A stretch of 64,000 bases of DNA, taken from a virus. The translations under genes and the position numbers were made by a program. Under the pieces are notes generated by a model, which did no database searches, had not been told where the DNA came from, and saw only the letters and a program-made list of their open reading frames with translations. Position 1 is the first letter of the stretch. Every line of letters begins with the position of its first letter. The stretch is taken from IMG/VR virus record IMGVR_UViG_3300009124_000001; one strand, 5' to 3'. Below, in pieces: positions 11,105-24,700 of the stretch.

Positions 11105-12705
11105 GTTGCGTCAAAAGAGATACTTGTAGTATCAAACTTAGTATCAGTAGACGAGAAGTCAACGTCTCCTTGACCATCACCAAATCCAGTAACGACAAGT
11201 GTCGCCACATCAGAAGTTAGTGGGGAGTTCTGTGCGGGAGTTACGCCAAGACCCAAAGGTCCACGAATCTCCACTCTATACTTATACCCAGACATATAGT
11301 TCAGGGCAGTAAACTGATATGTAGGATTAGTTGCACCAGTCAACACAGCGTAAGAGAATCCATTATCAGTAGATCTGTACCACTGATATGCCTTGGGACC
11401 ATCTTCGGGACTGACAGCAGCGGTAACACTAAATGTAACAGTCTGACCGACGTTAATGGTAACGTTCTGTGGTTGTAGAGCAATCTGCAAGGTTGCAGGT
11501 GCAGGAGGTTCACCACCACCTTGATCTGGTGGCGGCGGTGCAGCAGCACCATTGTTCGCTGGTTGGTCTAGCGTCTCACGGGTTGTAGAACCAATCAAAT
11601 ATGGAAATCTTGCTTGCAAGTTATTTTCACTGTCAAGTTCGCATGACAAGAAATATGCATAGGTGCCATCTTGAAATTCAGGAGTTATACAAAATCTACC
11701 ATTATGTGTATCTAGAATACCTAGACCCTCAGAATACTCCCAGTCCTGTATCAGAGATCCAGCAGGGGGGTTCTGCTGACTGTCACCGTAGATTGGTCTA
11801 CCAGGCACTTCTTCTGATTTAACTCTATAAGAAGTGCTAGCAATCGTTAGGTCAGAGTCATTGTCCCAAGGATCTGAATAACAATATGGACCATAGATGG
11901 GGAATCCATCAAACGCATAACCAAGAATCTTTGAATGACCATCAGGGTGTCTCAGGTTGTCACCATTGTACTGAGACGAACCATAATAATCATTATATGT
12001 AGACATAACAGAGTTTGCTTTCCAGCAATCAATGAAATGTGTGTCGTGGTAGTGATACTGTCCAGTGTTCTCGGGGTGTCCACCACAGTTGTCATCCCCA
12101 AAACTTACTGGGGATTCTTCATAGTGGGCGTTCCAGTTGAACCCTTGTGGGGGGTTGCCACCTGCCCCTGCGGAGGGATTAAAGAACACAACACCGTTAG
12201 CAGCAATACCAATAGCGCCAAGTGGAGTTTCTGTGCGACCATTACGTTGATCATAATAAGTGTATGTGCCATTATACCCTGATCTGGTGAATTCCATGAT
12301 CAGTTCTAGATACTGATCACTTGCTCTCCAAAACTCACCAGCAGTGGCAGTCTGCTCAGTGCCTCTGTAAACAAACACTTGCTTGTGTTCGTCGGGGGTG
12401 TTTGCGTCGAATACAAAAAGAATTCGATCACCAACTTGAATTTGATTGCCTAGTAGATCATTATCATCTACGGACAATGGGATTTGGATAAAGAATCCTT
12501 CATGCACAAAAGTGTTGTCATCGAAGGTTCTAGTAGTGCCAAATGTACCACCTCTATAATAGAAGTCATGCTCAAAATCCTGCTCAGTAACTTGATTGGG
12601 ATTATTGGCATTCGGGAACGTACCGTAGAGGACGGGATCTGGAAGACCATCGCCATCTACGGTAATAATTCTAGTGCCAGAGTTATATTCAGCGGTTGCT
12701 GTCAT
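11101..12705 (-). CDS. YHYH-domain virion protein with C-terminal Ig-like domain
   Basis: GGHPENTGQYHYH, GHSKILGYAFDGFPIYGPY, NGRFCITPEF..GTYAYF; Ig-like QPQNVTINVGQTVTFSV..YQWYRS. Confidence 0.85.
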   Translation of the reverse strand: MTATAEYNSGTRIITVDGDGLPDPVLYGTFPNANNPNQVTEQDFEHDFYYRGGTFGTTRTFDDNTFVHEGFFIQIPLSVDDNDLLGNQIQVGDRILFVFDANTPDEHKQVFVYRGTEQTATAGEFWRASDQYLELIMEFTRSGYNGTYTYYDQRNGRTETPLGAIGIAANGVVFFNPSAGAGGNPPQGFNWNAHYEESPVSFGDDNCGGHPENTGQYHYHDTHFIDCWKANSVMSTYNDYYGSSQYNGDNLRHPDGHSKILGYAFDGFPIYGPYCYSDPWDNDSDLTIASTSYRVKSEEVPGRPIYGDSQQNPPAGSLIQDWEYSEGLGILDTHNGRFCITPEFQDGTYAYFLSCELDSENNLQARFPYLIGSTTRETLDQPANNGAAAPPPPDQGGGEPPAPATLQIALQPQNVTINVGQTVTFSVTAAVSPEDGPKAYQWYRSTDNGFSYAVLTGATNPTYQFTALNYMSGYKYRVEIRGPLGLGVTPAQNSPLTSDVATLVVTGFGDGQGDVDFSSTDTKFDTTSISFDAT

Positions 12706-12718
12706 CGGACTTTTTGAC

Positions 12719-12725
12719 TATTTAT
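12719..12725 (-). promoter_or_regulatory. Late promoter core for the YHYH gene
   Basis: ATAAATA overlapping the gp7 stop. Confidence 0.6.
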
Positions 12726-15700
12726 TGGAAGATCTGAGTCGGGTTGAAGTTGCTGATGATAGTAGCACCAGTCTGAACTGTGAGGATCACAGAGTTGGAG
12801 TAGACAGGTGTAGCACCAGCAGCGGTGATAGCAACGCGGAATTCATCACCGTCATCTGCTTGTTCGGCAGGGTTGGAGTCATAGACGTTAGAAGTCTGAC
12901 CCGTGATGTTGTTCCAATCAGTTTCGCCATACTGCTTACGCTGCCACTGATAGTTCAGAGCGGTAGTTCCGATCTGGTTATCAGAGGACTGAATGAAGTT
13001 GGCGACAACGGTGAACTCAGCGGTCTGACCCTGGTTCACAGTCACGTTGGTGGGTTGTGATGCGATCTGGATATATCCAGGAACGATCACAATCGGATTG
13101 CCCTGAGGATCAGTACCCTCGCCAGCGTAGGTATCGAAACCTTGGTTGACGGCAGGACCAGTCGGGGGCACGAAGTCATCATCAACAGTAGTCTCAACTG
13201 CGACTGCTGGTTGTGCATAACCAACGCCACCAGTCTTCACGTCGATTCTTAGAATGCCCATCAAAGCACGAACACGACCATCGAAACCTGTGGCGGAAAT
13301 CACGTCCACGCTCGGGCGCGAGGTGTATCCATCACCAGGAGAAGTGATGATTGCTTCCGTAATCTCACCAGACTTGATGTTAGCGACTGCCTCAGCACCA
13401 CGACCTTTAACCGTGCCTGTGTACTCAAAGGTGATCAATGAGTTGGAAGACTCAATCAATGCAACTTCACGTTCGTCTGCCTCACCTTCGATTTGCAGGA
13501 TGTCGCCTGCTTCAATCGGAGGTACGACAGTTGCCGCGATCACGTCAGCGTCAGAACCGATGTAGGAGAAGGCAACGAACGTAGATCCTGCGCGAGGAAT
13601 CTCAGCGAAGATGATTCTAGAACCAACCAGTTCGTAACCAACGCCAGCTTCCTGAATCACACCATTGAGCGAGACGATAATGTTGTTCTCAGGCAGGATA
13701 GTGTTGGACGATACACCTTCCGTCAGAGTCAGGGAGTAGAAACCGCCCTGATACTTCAAGTTGAAGGACGAACGCAGAGAGTCAAACTCGAAACTGATGT
13801 CATCAAGTTGTCTCAGTTTACCCACGTAGTAACCGATAAATTCAGAACCGATGGTGGGTGGTTCAGTGAACTGAATCGAGTCAGAGAATGCCGTGTAGGC
13901 GTAGTTTGCACCAGGAGGTTGCAGCACACCGTTGACGAAAACGAGCAGGTGACCTGCGGGATCGGGGAAGTATGCTTCACCGTTGCTGACGGTGAGTTTG
14001 AAGGAAGTTGCAGTGCCATCGAAACCACGGAAGTATCTGTCGCAACGTGCGAGCAGGTTCTTCGATTGTGTAACACCAGCAGACCACCCATAGTCGGAGA
14101 TAATTGTCAGGTTAGAGGGGAAGTCGCCCACAACATCTTCCAACCAGATACGACCAGTGTCACCACTGATGGATTTGCCAGAAACCTTACCGTACGAAGT
14201 GTACTCAGTGACGGACACGTTGGAAATATCACACTGGATAACGGGGAAGTTATTCAGGTTTTCAAACTTACCAAGACCGCCCGAAAGGAGTTCATTGGGG
14301 TCTGTGGTCGTGTTGCCATCAGCATCAGCACCATAGGGTTGCAGGTTAGCGATCCAGATCTTGTGGATGCTGTTGTCGGGATCATAGAGATAATCGGTGA
14401 CAACGGCAGTCCAACCAGGAATCTTGGGAATACTTCCTTGCAGCAGGTAAACAAAATCACCCTTCTTGAAGTCGCCCGTGAAACCTTGGTCTCTCAGGAC
14501 AGTGTTGACATCACATTCGATAGTCTTGACCGCGTGTACATACTGATTGAGTTCAATGTCTCTGAAACTATCTCTGGTGATGTTGGCGATGTTGAGGATC
14601 TTGTCGGTGATAGAACCGTAGATGATATCGCCATCAATGAAGTCCTGTTCAAGAGTTTCAATGTCAATCGCAATACGACCGCCAGTGTTGCTAGTCAGAG
14701 AACCAGCAGAGTTTTCATAGGCGACGATATCTGCCTCAGCACCATTGGACTTGTTGAAGAGCATTTCATCAACGCCGAAGGATCCTCGCTCGGTGTTGAT
14801 CAGCATACGATCTCTGGCAGCAGAGGTAATTTCTGCTGTTTGGGCGCTATCAACACCTTCCAGGATATCGCTGACGGAGAAGGAACCAGTGATATTTTCA
14901 ACGTAGATCCAACCCTCATCCTCATTGTCACCCGTGAGGGGCGAAGTTTGAAGGACTGTGCCATAGTTTGTACCAGCACCTTGGACCTGAACTCTTTCAC
15001 CAATGTTGAATCTGCCAGTAGCAACACCAATATCAAATCTCTGATAGATCTTGATGATGTTTGCTTCGTTGTTTCTGGTGCGTACAATTTCAGATGTGGC
15101 GTTAGAGGAAGTACCCACAACCACGTCTGCGAGGCTAAACCCACCGCTTACAGGGTTGTCAATATCTCTGGTGCCATAGGTTGTAGTCGTACGAGTGATA
15201 CCAGAACGAACGTTCAGTTGCAGTTGTTGCTGACCAGTGGTAGCGAGGTTAACTGCAAACGGAGCAAATCTGGCATCGTGACGGATCTCCTTAGTGATCT
15301 CAAAGGCACTTGGAGTTGCGTTGAGCACATAGAAGTATTCCTGATCAGCAAACGCTGCCTCAACATCATTCGATGCAACAACATAGCTAAGGATGTCACC
15401 ACGCGAGTAGAAGTTCGGGCGATTGATAGTGATCTTGTTCTCTCTTCTCTCAAATCCAACTTCAACTGTCGGAGTATTGATAATCAGATCGGGGTCAGTA
15501 TTCCAGTCAAGACCTTCATCGTAAAGGTTCTGATTGTTAGTCGCATGGACGTTATTGGTCCACTGAATCTTGTTTTGAGACGGAGGCGTACCTCTGCTGA
15601 TAGCAAAGTATGCAGCATTCAGAGACGAATCAATCTTGAATTGGGTGGACTCAGGCTCGTACTCGTAACGATTTTCGATCGCATTCGTACCTTGGTGCGT

Positions 15701-18700
15701 GGGGTCAAGATAGATGTCATAACCATACCACTCACCACCAACTAAATTGTCATTGTAATCATCAAGGGCACGCTTGCAGTATTCGCTGATTCTTGTCACG
15801 AACCACAACAGATGTTGCTTTGTTACATCAGGGAACGCGATGAAGTTGCCTTCACCATCGAACCAAGTGTTAACGATTCTCAGAACACCTTGATTGCCGC
15901 CTGTGTTGAGGTCGTAAAGAAGACCACCAAGCAGTGTATCACCAAAAGATTCCTCAGCAGTAGTTGTGGGATATGCAGTCTGCACCTCAGCAAATGCCTT
16001 GGCAGAAATGGCATGTCTGTTGAAAAGGATTCTTCTAGCAACACTTCTGTCAGAATTGCTACCGCCACCAAGAGTGTCAAGCATCAGGTCGAAGAGAGAC
16101 TCGGCAGCAGAACTTACGTCATAGCAAGTGTAGAACTGATACTGGTTGTTGGTGTTGTATCCAACATCACGAGTGATGCCTGCAAGGTGACTGGAATTGC
16201 CAGCAGATGCCTCAGAGATAGTGTTAATAACAATGTCAAACAGTGTCTCAATTGTAGAGGCAGTTTGTGGGCAAGTCTCATTCCAGGCGGAAGCGGCACT
16301 GTCATAGGTAACGGTGGTGTCGCGTACGACCATTTCGGGAGCGTACTTAACAGGCCAGCAGTTGGGTAGAGACTTAGTGATAGTGCCGTCAGTAATGCTT
16401 GCGGGAGTGGTAATCGTATCAGTAACCACAGAGAAGAGATCTGTGATTGCAGATGCAACATCAGCACACTCATTGCCAGGATTCAGTGTATCCTGAGTAA
16501 CAACGTATCCACCTTGGTTATAGGGGAAGAAGTCAAGATCAGCGAAATACTTCTGAGAGAATCCATGAGCACCAGTGATGGTGATTGGTTGATCTCTCAT
16601 CACAGTGATAGCAAGGTCTCTTGCCTTATTAATGATCCAAATGGACTCAGTTGACTGTGAGGTGATGTGTGCAAGACTACCGTTGCTGACATAGAACTCA
16701 GCAGCACGGAACATCTTGTTGTTGCCACCAAAGCGGAGGTTCCAGACCATTGCATGAAGCATGTCAGTCACGTCATGGACGCAATTGATGTTGCCGCCAG
16801 GAATGACAAGACTTGGGAATTGTGCCAGACCCTGAGAAACTGCTTCCTCAGCAATCAGTCTGATGTTTCTCTCAATGATGTGAGAACCATCAATGAATCT
16901 ATCGTCAGTAGCATTCTGCTCGTATGTTGCAACATCAACAGCATCAACCGAGGATGTACCAACACCGCCAGGGTTAATTGCACCACCAGCACCACCTTCT
17001 GCCTGATAGATGTACAGGTTGTCGCGACCGAAACCATTACGCATCGTGAGGATGCAGATCTCCATTGCGATCTTGTACACGTCAATCGCTGCTTCTGCTT
17101 CTTGCTCAATGTGCAGCAAACTATCATCTTCTGGGTTCAGATAGAGGAGAGCAGCGTCATAAGTGGCAGAATTGCCGCCAAATCTTAGGTCATGGATAAC
17201 AGCGTCGATAACGCCCATCACGTCATCCTCACAGTTCTTAGAACCGCCAGGAATTGCCAGATCCAAATACTTGGACAGGTCATTCATTGTGTAAACTGCT
17301 TCCTTAGCAATCACATGCTTGTTCCTTTCAAGCATATTGGCAGCATCGATATTGTAGTTGGAAACAGTGTCCTGATAATCATAACCTTTGCTATCGATAG
17401 TGATAGTGGTGTCTCTGTATGCGGGGATTTCAGTGAACTGAGCAACATAGTAATCATCTTGCAGTTCGCTAGCGACGCCGAGTTCAGAAGAAGTAGTACC
17501 GAAGTTCAGCAGAGTGTTGCTAACTGCATGGAGAACGAGTTTCTTAACATAAGAGAAGGCGTCAAGCATTGCGCCCAGTTCATTCTCAACGTGAATGATT
17601 TCGTTATTGTTATTGATATAGAAATCAATTACATATTGAGTAGCGGAGTTGCCACCAGTGATCAGGTCCGTGATGACAGCGGGCAGGATGTATTCTTTAA
17701 TGTCACGAGCACATACTACATCGCCGTTGTAACCAGGGATATCAAGGAAGTCATACTGAGTATTGTTGATTTCTGCCGAATAGTAATCATTCAACCAACC
17801 GACAGTTTCATATGCGATATAGTCGCGATTCTTCCAGATCAGATCGCCAGCATCGCGGAATCTGTTACCTGTGGGACCGAGGATATCAGCGATAGTGTCG
17901 CAGAGCAGAACGACTTCATCTTGGATTGCCTGAGAGGCAGGAGATGCAAAGTTGTTAGGAATACGAAGGATATCAGTGTATTTGGTTCCGTTATAGTTAA
18001 CCAGATCAGTATCAGTTGTAGTAATAACATAGTTAATTACAACTGCCAGTTCAGTCCAAGTAAAGATGGATTGTAGCAGTTCGTTACCAACATAATTCAG
18101 ACCACCCTGCTTAGTGAGATAACCTCTACCAGCGATAACGCTATTGTAGTTACCACCATAACGCATGTCTTCGATGACTGCTTTGAGGATGTACTCCTTA
18201 GTATCACGCAGACAGAAGTTTGTACCTTGCTGGACGCCAGCACCATCAGCGGTGTCACCAGGCATCACGAAGTCAGGATACTTCTCCTTCATCAGACCAA
18301 CAGCAACCTCAGCAATCCAGTCGAGGTTCAGTTCGATCATATCAGCAGACTTGCGATACTCATCTCGTGCAAGGTTGATGTCTTCGACGATGATAGTCTT
18401 CTCATCGTAGTCAATACTCTTAGCGGTAGCAGAAGAGTTAGTCTGACCAGTGTAAGTTGCATATCTCTCTTCATTGCTGATGATGAGAGGCAACTCCATG
18501 CTCATGGAGAAACTGATATTTTGGTTGTCGGTCGGGAAGGTGAAACCAGGAGTGAATGTCTGACTGTAATCAGAAACACCCTTCTTGATGATGATGTTGT
18601 CCAGGTGACCAACAAATCCGCTAGCACCATTGAGGTCAGCACCAATCGTGAACGCACGTTCCAGATAGTTGTTATTGTCAGTGTAGTCGCCACCAACCTG

Positions 18701-21700
18701 AGATCCATTGACCCAGATCTTAGTGATGTTAGTGGTTCTGGTTACTGCAATATGATGCCAGGCGTTAGTGCCCAGTCCATGAGCAGCAGAGATCTGATCG
18801 CTACCGTTATACCACCATGCAATGTTGGCACCATTCAGGTAAAGAACAGGAGATCCATTCTCGGATGTGCCGCTAGTGCGAGTATCGAAGAGATACTGAA
18901 CACCAGAGATAGTCGTAGGTCTGACCCACATCTCAATGGTGAAGTCCTCAGTACCGAACTTCTGAACATCACTAAGTGTATGACTCAGATATGCACCAGC
19001 GTCAAGTCTGAGAGACTTAGTGCCAGATTTGTACTCCAAACCAGTCAGGACAGCACTACCGTTAGCGGTAAGTCTTGTATTAGTGATGTACTCTCTATTC
19101 TGGAAGATGCCTGTGATCGAATCAGTGAACAACCATTTCAGACCAGCGTTGGTTCCCTTGGCAGTGAAGGTAGCACCAGAGGTTGTGCCACTGATTGTTT
19201 CGCCAGGCAGGAAGAGACCATTAGCACCAGGATCCTTGTAGGAGATCTTGTAAACACGAAGGTTCTCATTCTCTTGGAAAGAACCATCACTAATCACTGC
19301 CAGAGCGTTGATGTTGTTCAGGTTACCTGCATTGATTGCCGTAGTAGCAATCGTGGTCAGAGTATCCAGAGCAGCCTGTACGTCAGCACAGTTGGCAGCG
19401 TCTTGGTTGTTGCCAGAGGCGTAGTTGGGATCATATGTATGACCCTCAGTAGGAGAGGTTAGATAAGGACCAGAATATGTGGTGGGATCGTAGACCAGAG
19501 TCAGATCCTTGTCATACAGCAGGTTGTTGATGGCAAGTTTTGCCATGTCTCTTGCCTTATTGAAGGCAGTGATGGACTCAGCAGTCTCACCAACCAGACC
19601 ATTGCTGATAGGAGCACCGTTAGCGTCGAAGTAGAACTTGGTGAAGGTTACAACACCATAGTTACCATCGCCCTTGATATCCTGAACCAGAGCATCAACG
19701 AAATACCCGATGTCACGACGACACTTGGTCTCATTGCTGCTATATGTGCTGGGTTCAGAGAGTTCGATCAGATCAGACAAGGAACCTGCGAGTAGAACCT
19801 CAGATACATTGTCGAACAGAGTTTGCAGGGCAGACTGAACATCCGAGCAGTTGTTAGCGCCGAAGTTATCAGCGTTGCTACCAGGAGTACCGTAAGGATT
19901 TCCAGGAGAAGGATCAGCAGTGATTCCAGTGCCACTAGAACCACCAGTGCTGCGCTCGTCATACAGGTTGTAGACAACAGCGTCAACGGTATCAGTGCCC
20001 GTCAGCATGTTGGTCAGAGCATTCTTCATGTATCCGAGTGCTTGCTCGAATGCATATTCAGTTGCTTCTGCTTCGTTGTTGATATACAGGAAGGTCAGAC
20101 CATCATCACTGAAATACATCTGCAAGAACTTGCGGGTGTAAACAGTGCCACCTTGGAACATGTCCATAGAGATAGCATCGATGAAGTGACCGATGTCACG
20201 ACGACACTTGGTGGGGGAAGGAATCGGCAAAGAAGGATACTGAACCACCATGTCAGAGTAAGACTTGGCGATGATGTAATCCTTATTGCGATGGATGAGA
20301 CGATATGCATCGGCATATCTGCTGAACTGGTCAGTCTGGTTATCGCCAGGATAGTAGAATCCAGGGTGCTGAACAGCGATTTCAGCATTAGCAAAGTCAA
20401 CAATTTCTTGCTTGTTAGCAGCGATTCTGTTGGCAGCGTCGAACCATCTGTTCAATGCATCAGTTACAGGATTTCCATAAGTAACGGTAATAGAACGAAT
20501 TACATCGCCAACTGCGATAGTGCCACCAGTCAGATTCTCAAATTCAACTTCTGTCGAGCGAACTTCTTCAAAGTCGAGGAAATCAGCGTTAACACGATCA
20601 CTGCTATCAAGAATCTCAACAGGTGTGATTGTGGTCTTAGAAATGTCATCCAGAATGACGTTCTGGTTAGTCAGAGAGATCAGACGCTCAAAGATCATAC
20701 CGAAGAAGGTAGAACCTTTGTTGATCGTCAGAGTATCAACCACGTCACCCAGTCTGACTTCGCCCGACACAGTTTCAGTGGTAGCGGTATAAGTTCTAAC
20801 ACCTGCAAATTCTGTATAGCCTTGAACAGTTTCACCATCGGTTAAATCAGTCTCACTATTCTTCAAGTAGTACAAAACAGGAGGGGATGCCTCAAAGTCA
20901 ATCTTGACAACTTCACCAGTAGCACCAGAGGTGATACCTTCAAACTTATCACCTTCAACCATGGTGGACCATGCACCAGCAGGCACAGGTCTTACCAGAT
21001 TGATGCTAACGATAGGATCTCTGTAAGGTGAGATACTGGTGATTCTTGCAGCAATATTAGATGCAGCAGAATAGAAGATGTCATTCAGGAACAAGTTATA
21101 CTGACCTGTCTCAAACTCAGCAGTACCAGAGGTCTTAGAAAGGACCAGTTTGTCGGAGATATTGCCATCCAGGTCGAGGTTAGATTCTTCAATGACGGCA
21201 GTATCACCAGTCATATTGGTGACAGTCTCGCCAAATTCAAAGATAGTCTTGTAGTTAACACTGTCAATGTTCAGGACATTTGCACCATACCCAGCATTGA
21301 AGAAGTTGATGTCCTCACCACGATCAAAGAATCCGTTGGACATATCTGTCACTTGGATGCTGTTATCAGTCAGATCGATAGAAGTAATAGTTGCTCTTGC
21401 ACCTGTGGTCTGACCGACAATGATGTCACCGATAAGACCTGTATCGAATGTACCACCAATGCTTTGGAGGAACAGTTTGGTGAAGGACTTTTCGATGGTT
21501 CCGATCAGAGCACTAAATCCAGTTCTATTAACATCAACACGCTCGTTCAGAGCAAAACTTCCACTGATATCAACAACATCAATGCTAGTAGCACCTGTTG
21601 CAACAACCTTAGCAGTAGTTTCGGTTTCAAAACCAAAGACATTATCACCGATTGAGGGGAAGATACCAGCAATACTATTCAAATTCAGTCTGGTGATAGG

Positions 21701-24700
21701 CATGAAATCGAAAGCGATATTTCGATATACAACCTTAGAGTCAGGTCTCGGTGGCTCAGAGAAGACAATCTCATTACCAACTACCTGATAGGAACTACCA
21801 GGAGACTGAATAACACCATTAATTGTGATGAGTAGTTGGTTATCCTTAACGATAACTTGCTCTCCCTCAACTCTCAGGGGGAAGTTCTTTTTAAGACCAT
21901 CGAATTGACCAGAGATATCGTCGATCTTCTTAACGATCGAGGTAAGAATTTCCTCAGAGTTGGTCAGTCTCTTCTTACGGAAGAGAACTTCGGAGTTGTT
22001 GAAGGTAGAGTAGATCGGTTGAGCAGCACCGAACGAGGTGATCTCGTTAACATTGGTGTACTCGTTGATGTTAACTTGCTTGGTGAAGTCAGCAGCAACC
22101 TTACGACCAGAGATATCTTTACCACCAGTCAGGGACAACTGACCGAACATATTGAAACCAACAGGGTGGTTATTTTGCAGAATCTGATTCTTCCATCTGT
22201 TGATAGGAATCTCAGACTTAATCACATAGGAGAAGTTCTGATAGAAGAAGGAGTCTTGAATCTTTTGAACAATCTCGGACGGTTTACCAACGTCATCAGT
22301 AAATCTACCAGCAGTCTTAGTAATAGCGTCAATGTTCAACACACCCTTAGCGATGTTGATATTGTCAATAACACCAGATGCACGAGAGATGACACCCTGA
22401 ACCTTGCCACCAACTAAGAAGTCTCCATCGGGGTTGGTAACTTTCAGAATCTTAGGTTCGATCTGCCAACCATCATTAATCGAGACAATACCAGTTGCAG
22501 TTGCGAGTTCGCGAGTCTCACCTTGGAACACTTCCTCACCTTCCAAGAAGCGAGAGGTCTCAACCACTGCTTCTGCTTTACCACCGAACACCTCGGTAAG
22601 AAGCACCTGACGACCAGCACCCTGAGTCAAGAAGGTAATGAAGTTGCCAGACTCGGCGTCAACAGGTGTCAGAGCGAAGCGCAGTTGGTCAGATTCCAGA
22701 CCATTAACTTCACCAGCAATAGCATAGTAGGTCTGAGCAGAAGACAGACTGGTCAAACCAACGCTGCTGGGTTTCGGCAGTTCACCAACGGTAGAACCAA
22801 TAGCATCAGCACGGAACTGAACCTCAGCGCCAGTGGTAATACCATGAGGGAAGTTGAACTGCAAGTAGTTCAGGTCGAGGTTCACAACGTAGGTGAACTC
22901 AGATTTCAGAGTAACATTCGGTTGCGAAGAGTACCCAGCACCAGGGTTCTTGATCAGAATCTCAGACAGTCTGTTGTTCTTAACGACTGCTTCTGCTTCG
23001 GCACCAGTACCGCCACCGCCAGAAATGATAACAGCAGGTGCAGAGGTGTAACCAGCACCAGGATCTGTAATTGTAATCTGAGAGAGGATCGAGGTATTGA
23101 AGAGTTGCAGGTTGATCGGGAATGCGATCTCAGGACGCAGAGTGTAGTCATGAGAGTAACCATAACCAAACTCATTGTTTTTCAGAGTCTTGATCTTACC
23201 GATTTGCTTACCAGTGAGGAACACAGCAGCGCCAGTACCCTCAGCAGGAATGACAACCTGAATCTCAGCACCAGAACCAGACAGGGTGGGACCAAGAATA
23301 CCTTGAATAGCATCAATGTCGATAGAACCGAACGTATATCCCTTACCAGGATCAGTCAGAGCAACCTGAGTAACAGTTCCAGATCCAATAATATCATCAT
23401 TCTCAACGGTGATATTGCAAAGACCACCTTCACCATCACCCAGAATAGAAACCTGAGTATATACGCCAGGTGCATATTCAGTACCACCAGAAAGGATACG
23501 CAGTTTCTCAATCTTACGATCAGATGCAATATCAGAGATGATGGGCAGTTTCTTATAGAATCCACCAGGAGAGATCAACTTAATAGAGTTGATAGGACCA
23601 ATTGCTTTCTTGGAAGTGGTGGAGTAGATAGTATTGGATTTGTCTTGGTCGTCCAGACCGATCTCAGCATTGTTGAACTCAGGCTCATACAGCAGCGGGA
23701 ATCTGAATTCAGTATCGCTAAGAACTTCGCTGATTTGGAATCTACCGTCATACGGAGTCTTGATAACGTCGATGAAGGAGTTAGATCCCACAGGAGACGT
23801 TGCACCAGTTCTGGACGGGTCGAAGTAGTAAGTAATGTTAGTAACTTCACCACCAATCGTGAACTTAACCACAGGTGTTTCTGCGGCAGAAGACAGACCA
23901 GGAGTGCCCTCACGCTCAATTACGTTGAAGGAGTATTCCAGTTTGAATTGGTTATCTTGTGCAAACGACAGATAATAACCAAAGTTGGAAGAATCACTCA
24001 GGTCAAAGATATATGAGTGATTTCTTACCAGCAGGAGTGTTGGGTGCTTGGAAGAGATCTTCACACGAGAAATAGCACCCTGAGCGAATGCAGGTTCGCC
24101 AGTAGCAATTGTTCTCAGTTTATAGGTAAAGTCTCTGGTAGAGAAGACTTCCTTAACGAAGAACGAACCATTAAACTCAGCAGTAGTGAATCCTTCAACA
24201 AACAAAATGTCTTTTGCTTTGAAGTTGTGAGGAGTCAATGCAGAACAATAAATGAGGTCAGTTCTGTTCTCAGCAGTTCTGATAATGTCCTTATTCAGAT
24301 TTACAGTCAAAGTAATTTCTTTGACGCTTGCAAGACCAGAGACCTCAGCAATCTTATTGTCAGTATCTGCCTTAGGTCCAGCATTGATGCTGTTGCCCAA
24401 GGACACAACGTCACCAATAATAAAGTCAGAACCAGCGTATGTATTGACAATGGTTACTCTATAATCTGTCAGCGTGAATGGACGGAATCTTGCATAGTCG
24501 GAAAGTGGATCATATGTACTAACGAAGTTCCAGGTGACGGATCCGTCAGCAGCACTACCCGTGGTGTGAGATGGTCCAACAGTGCCAGATACACCACCAG
24601 TTGCACATGTATACTTATTTCTACCAAAGTAGACAACATCACCAGCAACATATGTAGTTGTTGCAATCCACTCGGGATCAGTAGGAGCAGGCCATGGGAA

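Noticed and set aside
13493-15745. Long + strand ORFs (750 aa here; also 22523..24016, 24017..25261, 18227..19462, 50796..51806)
   Set aside because: Antisense shadows of strongly codon-biased minus-strand genes; no recognisable motifs, ribosome-binding sites or promoters
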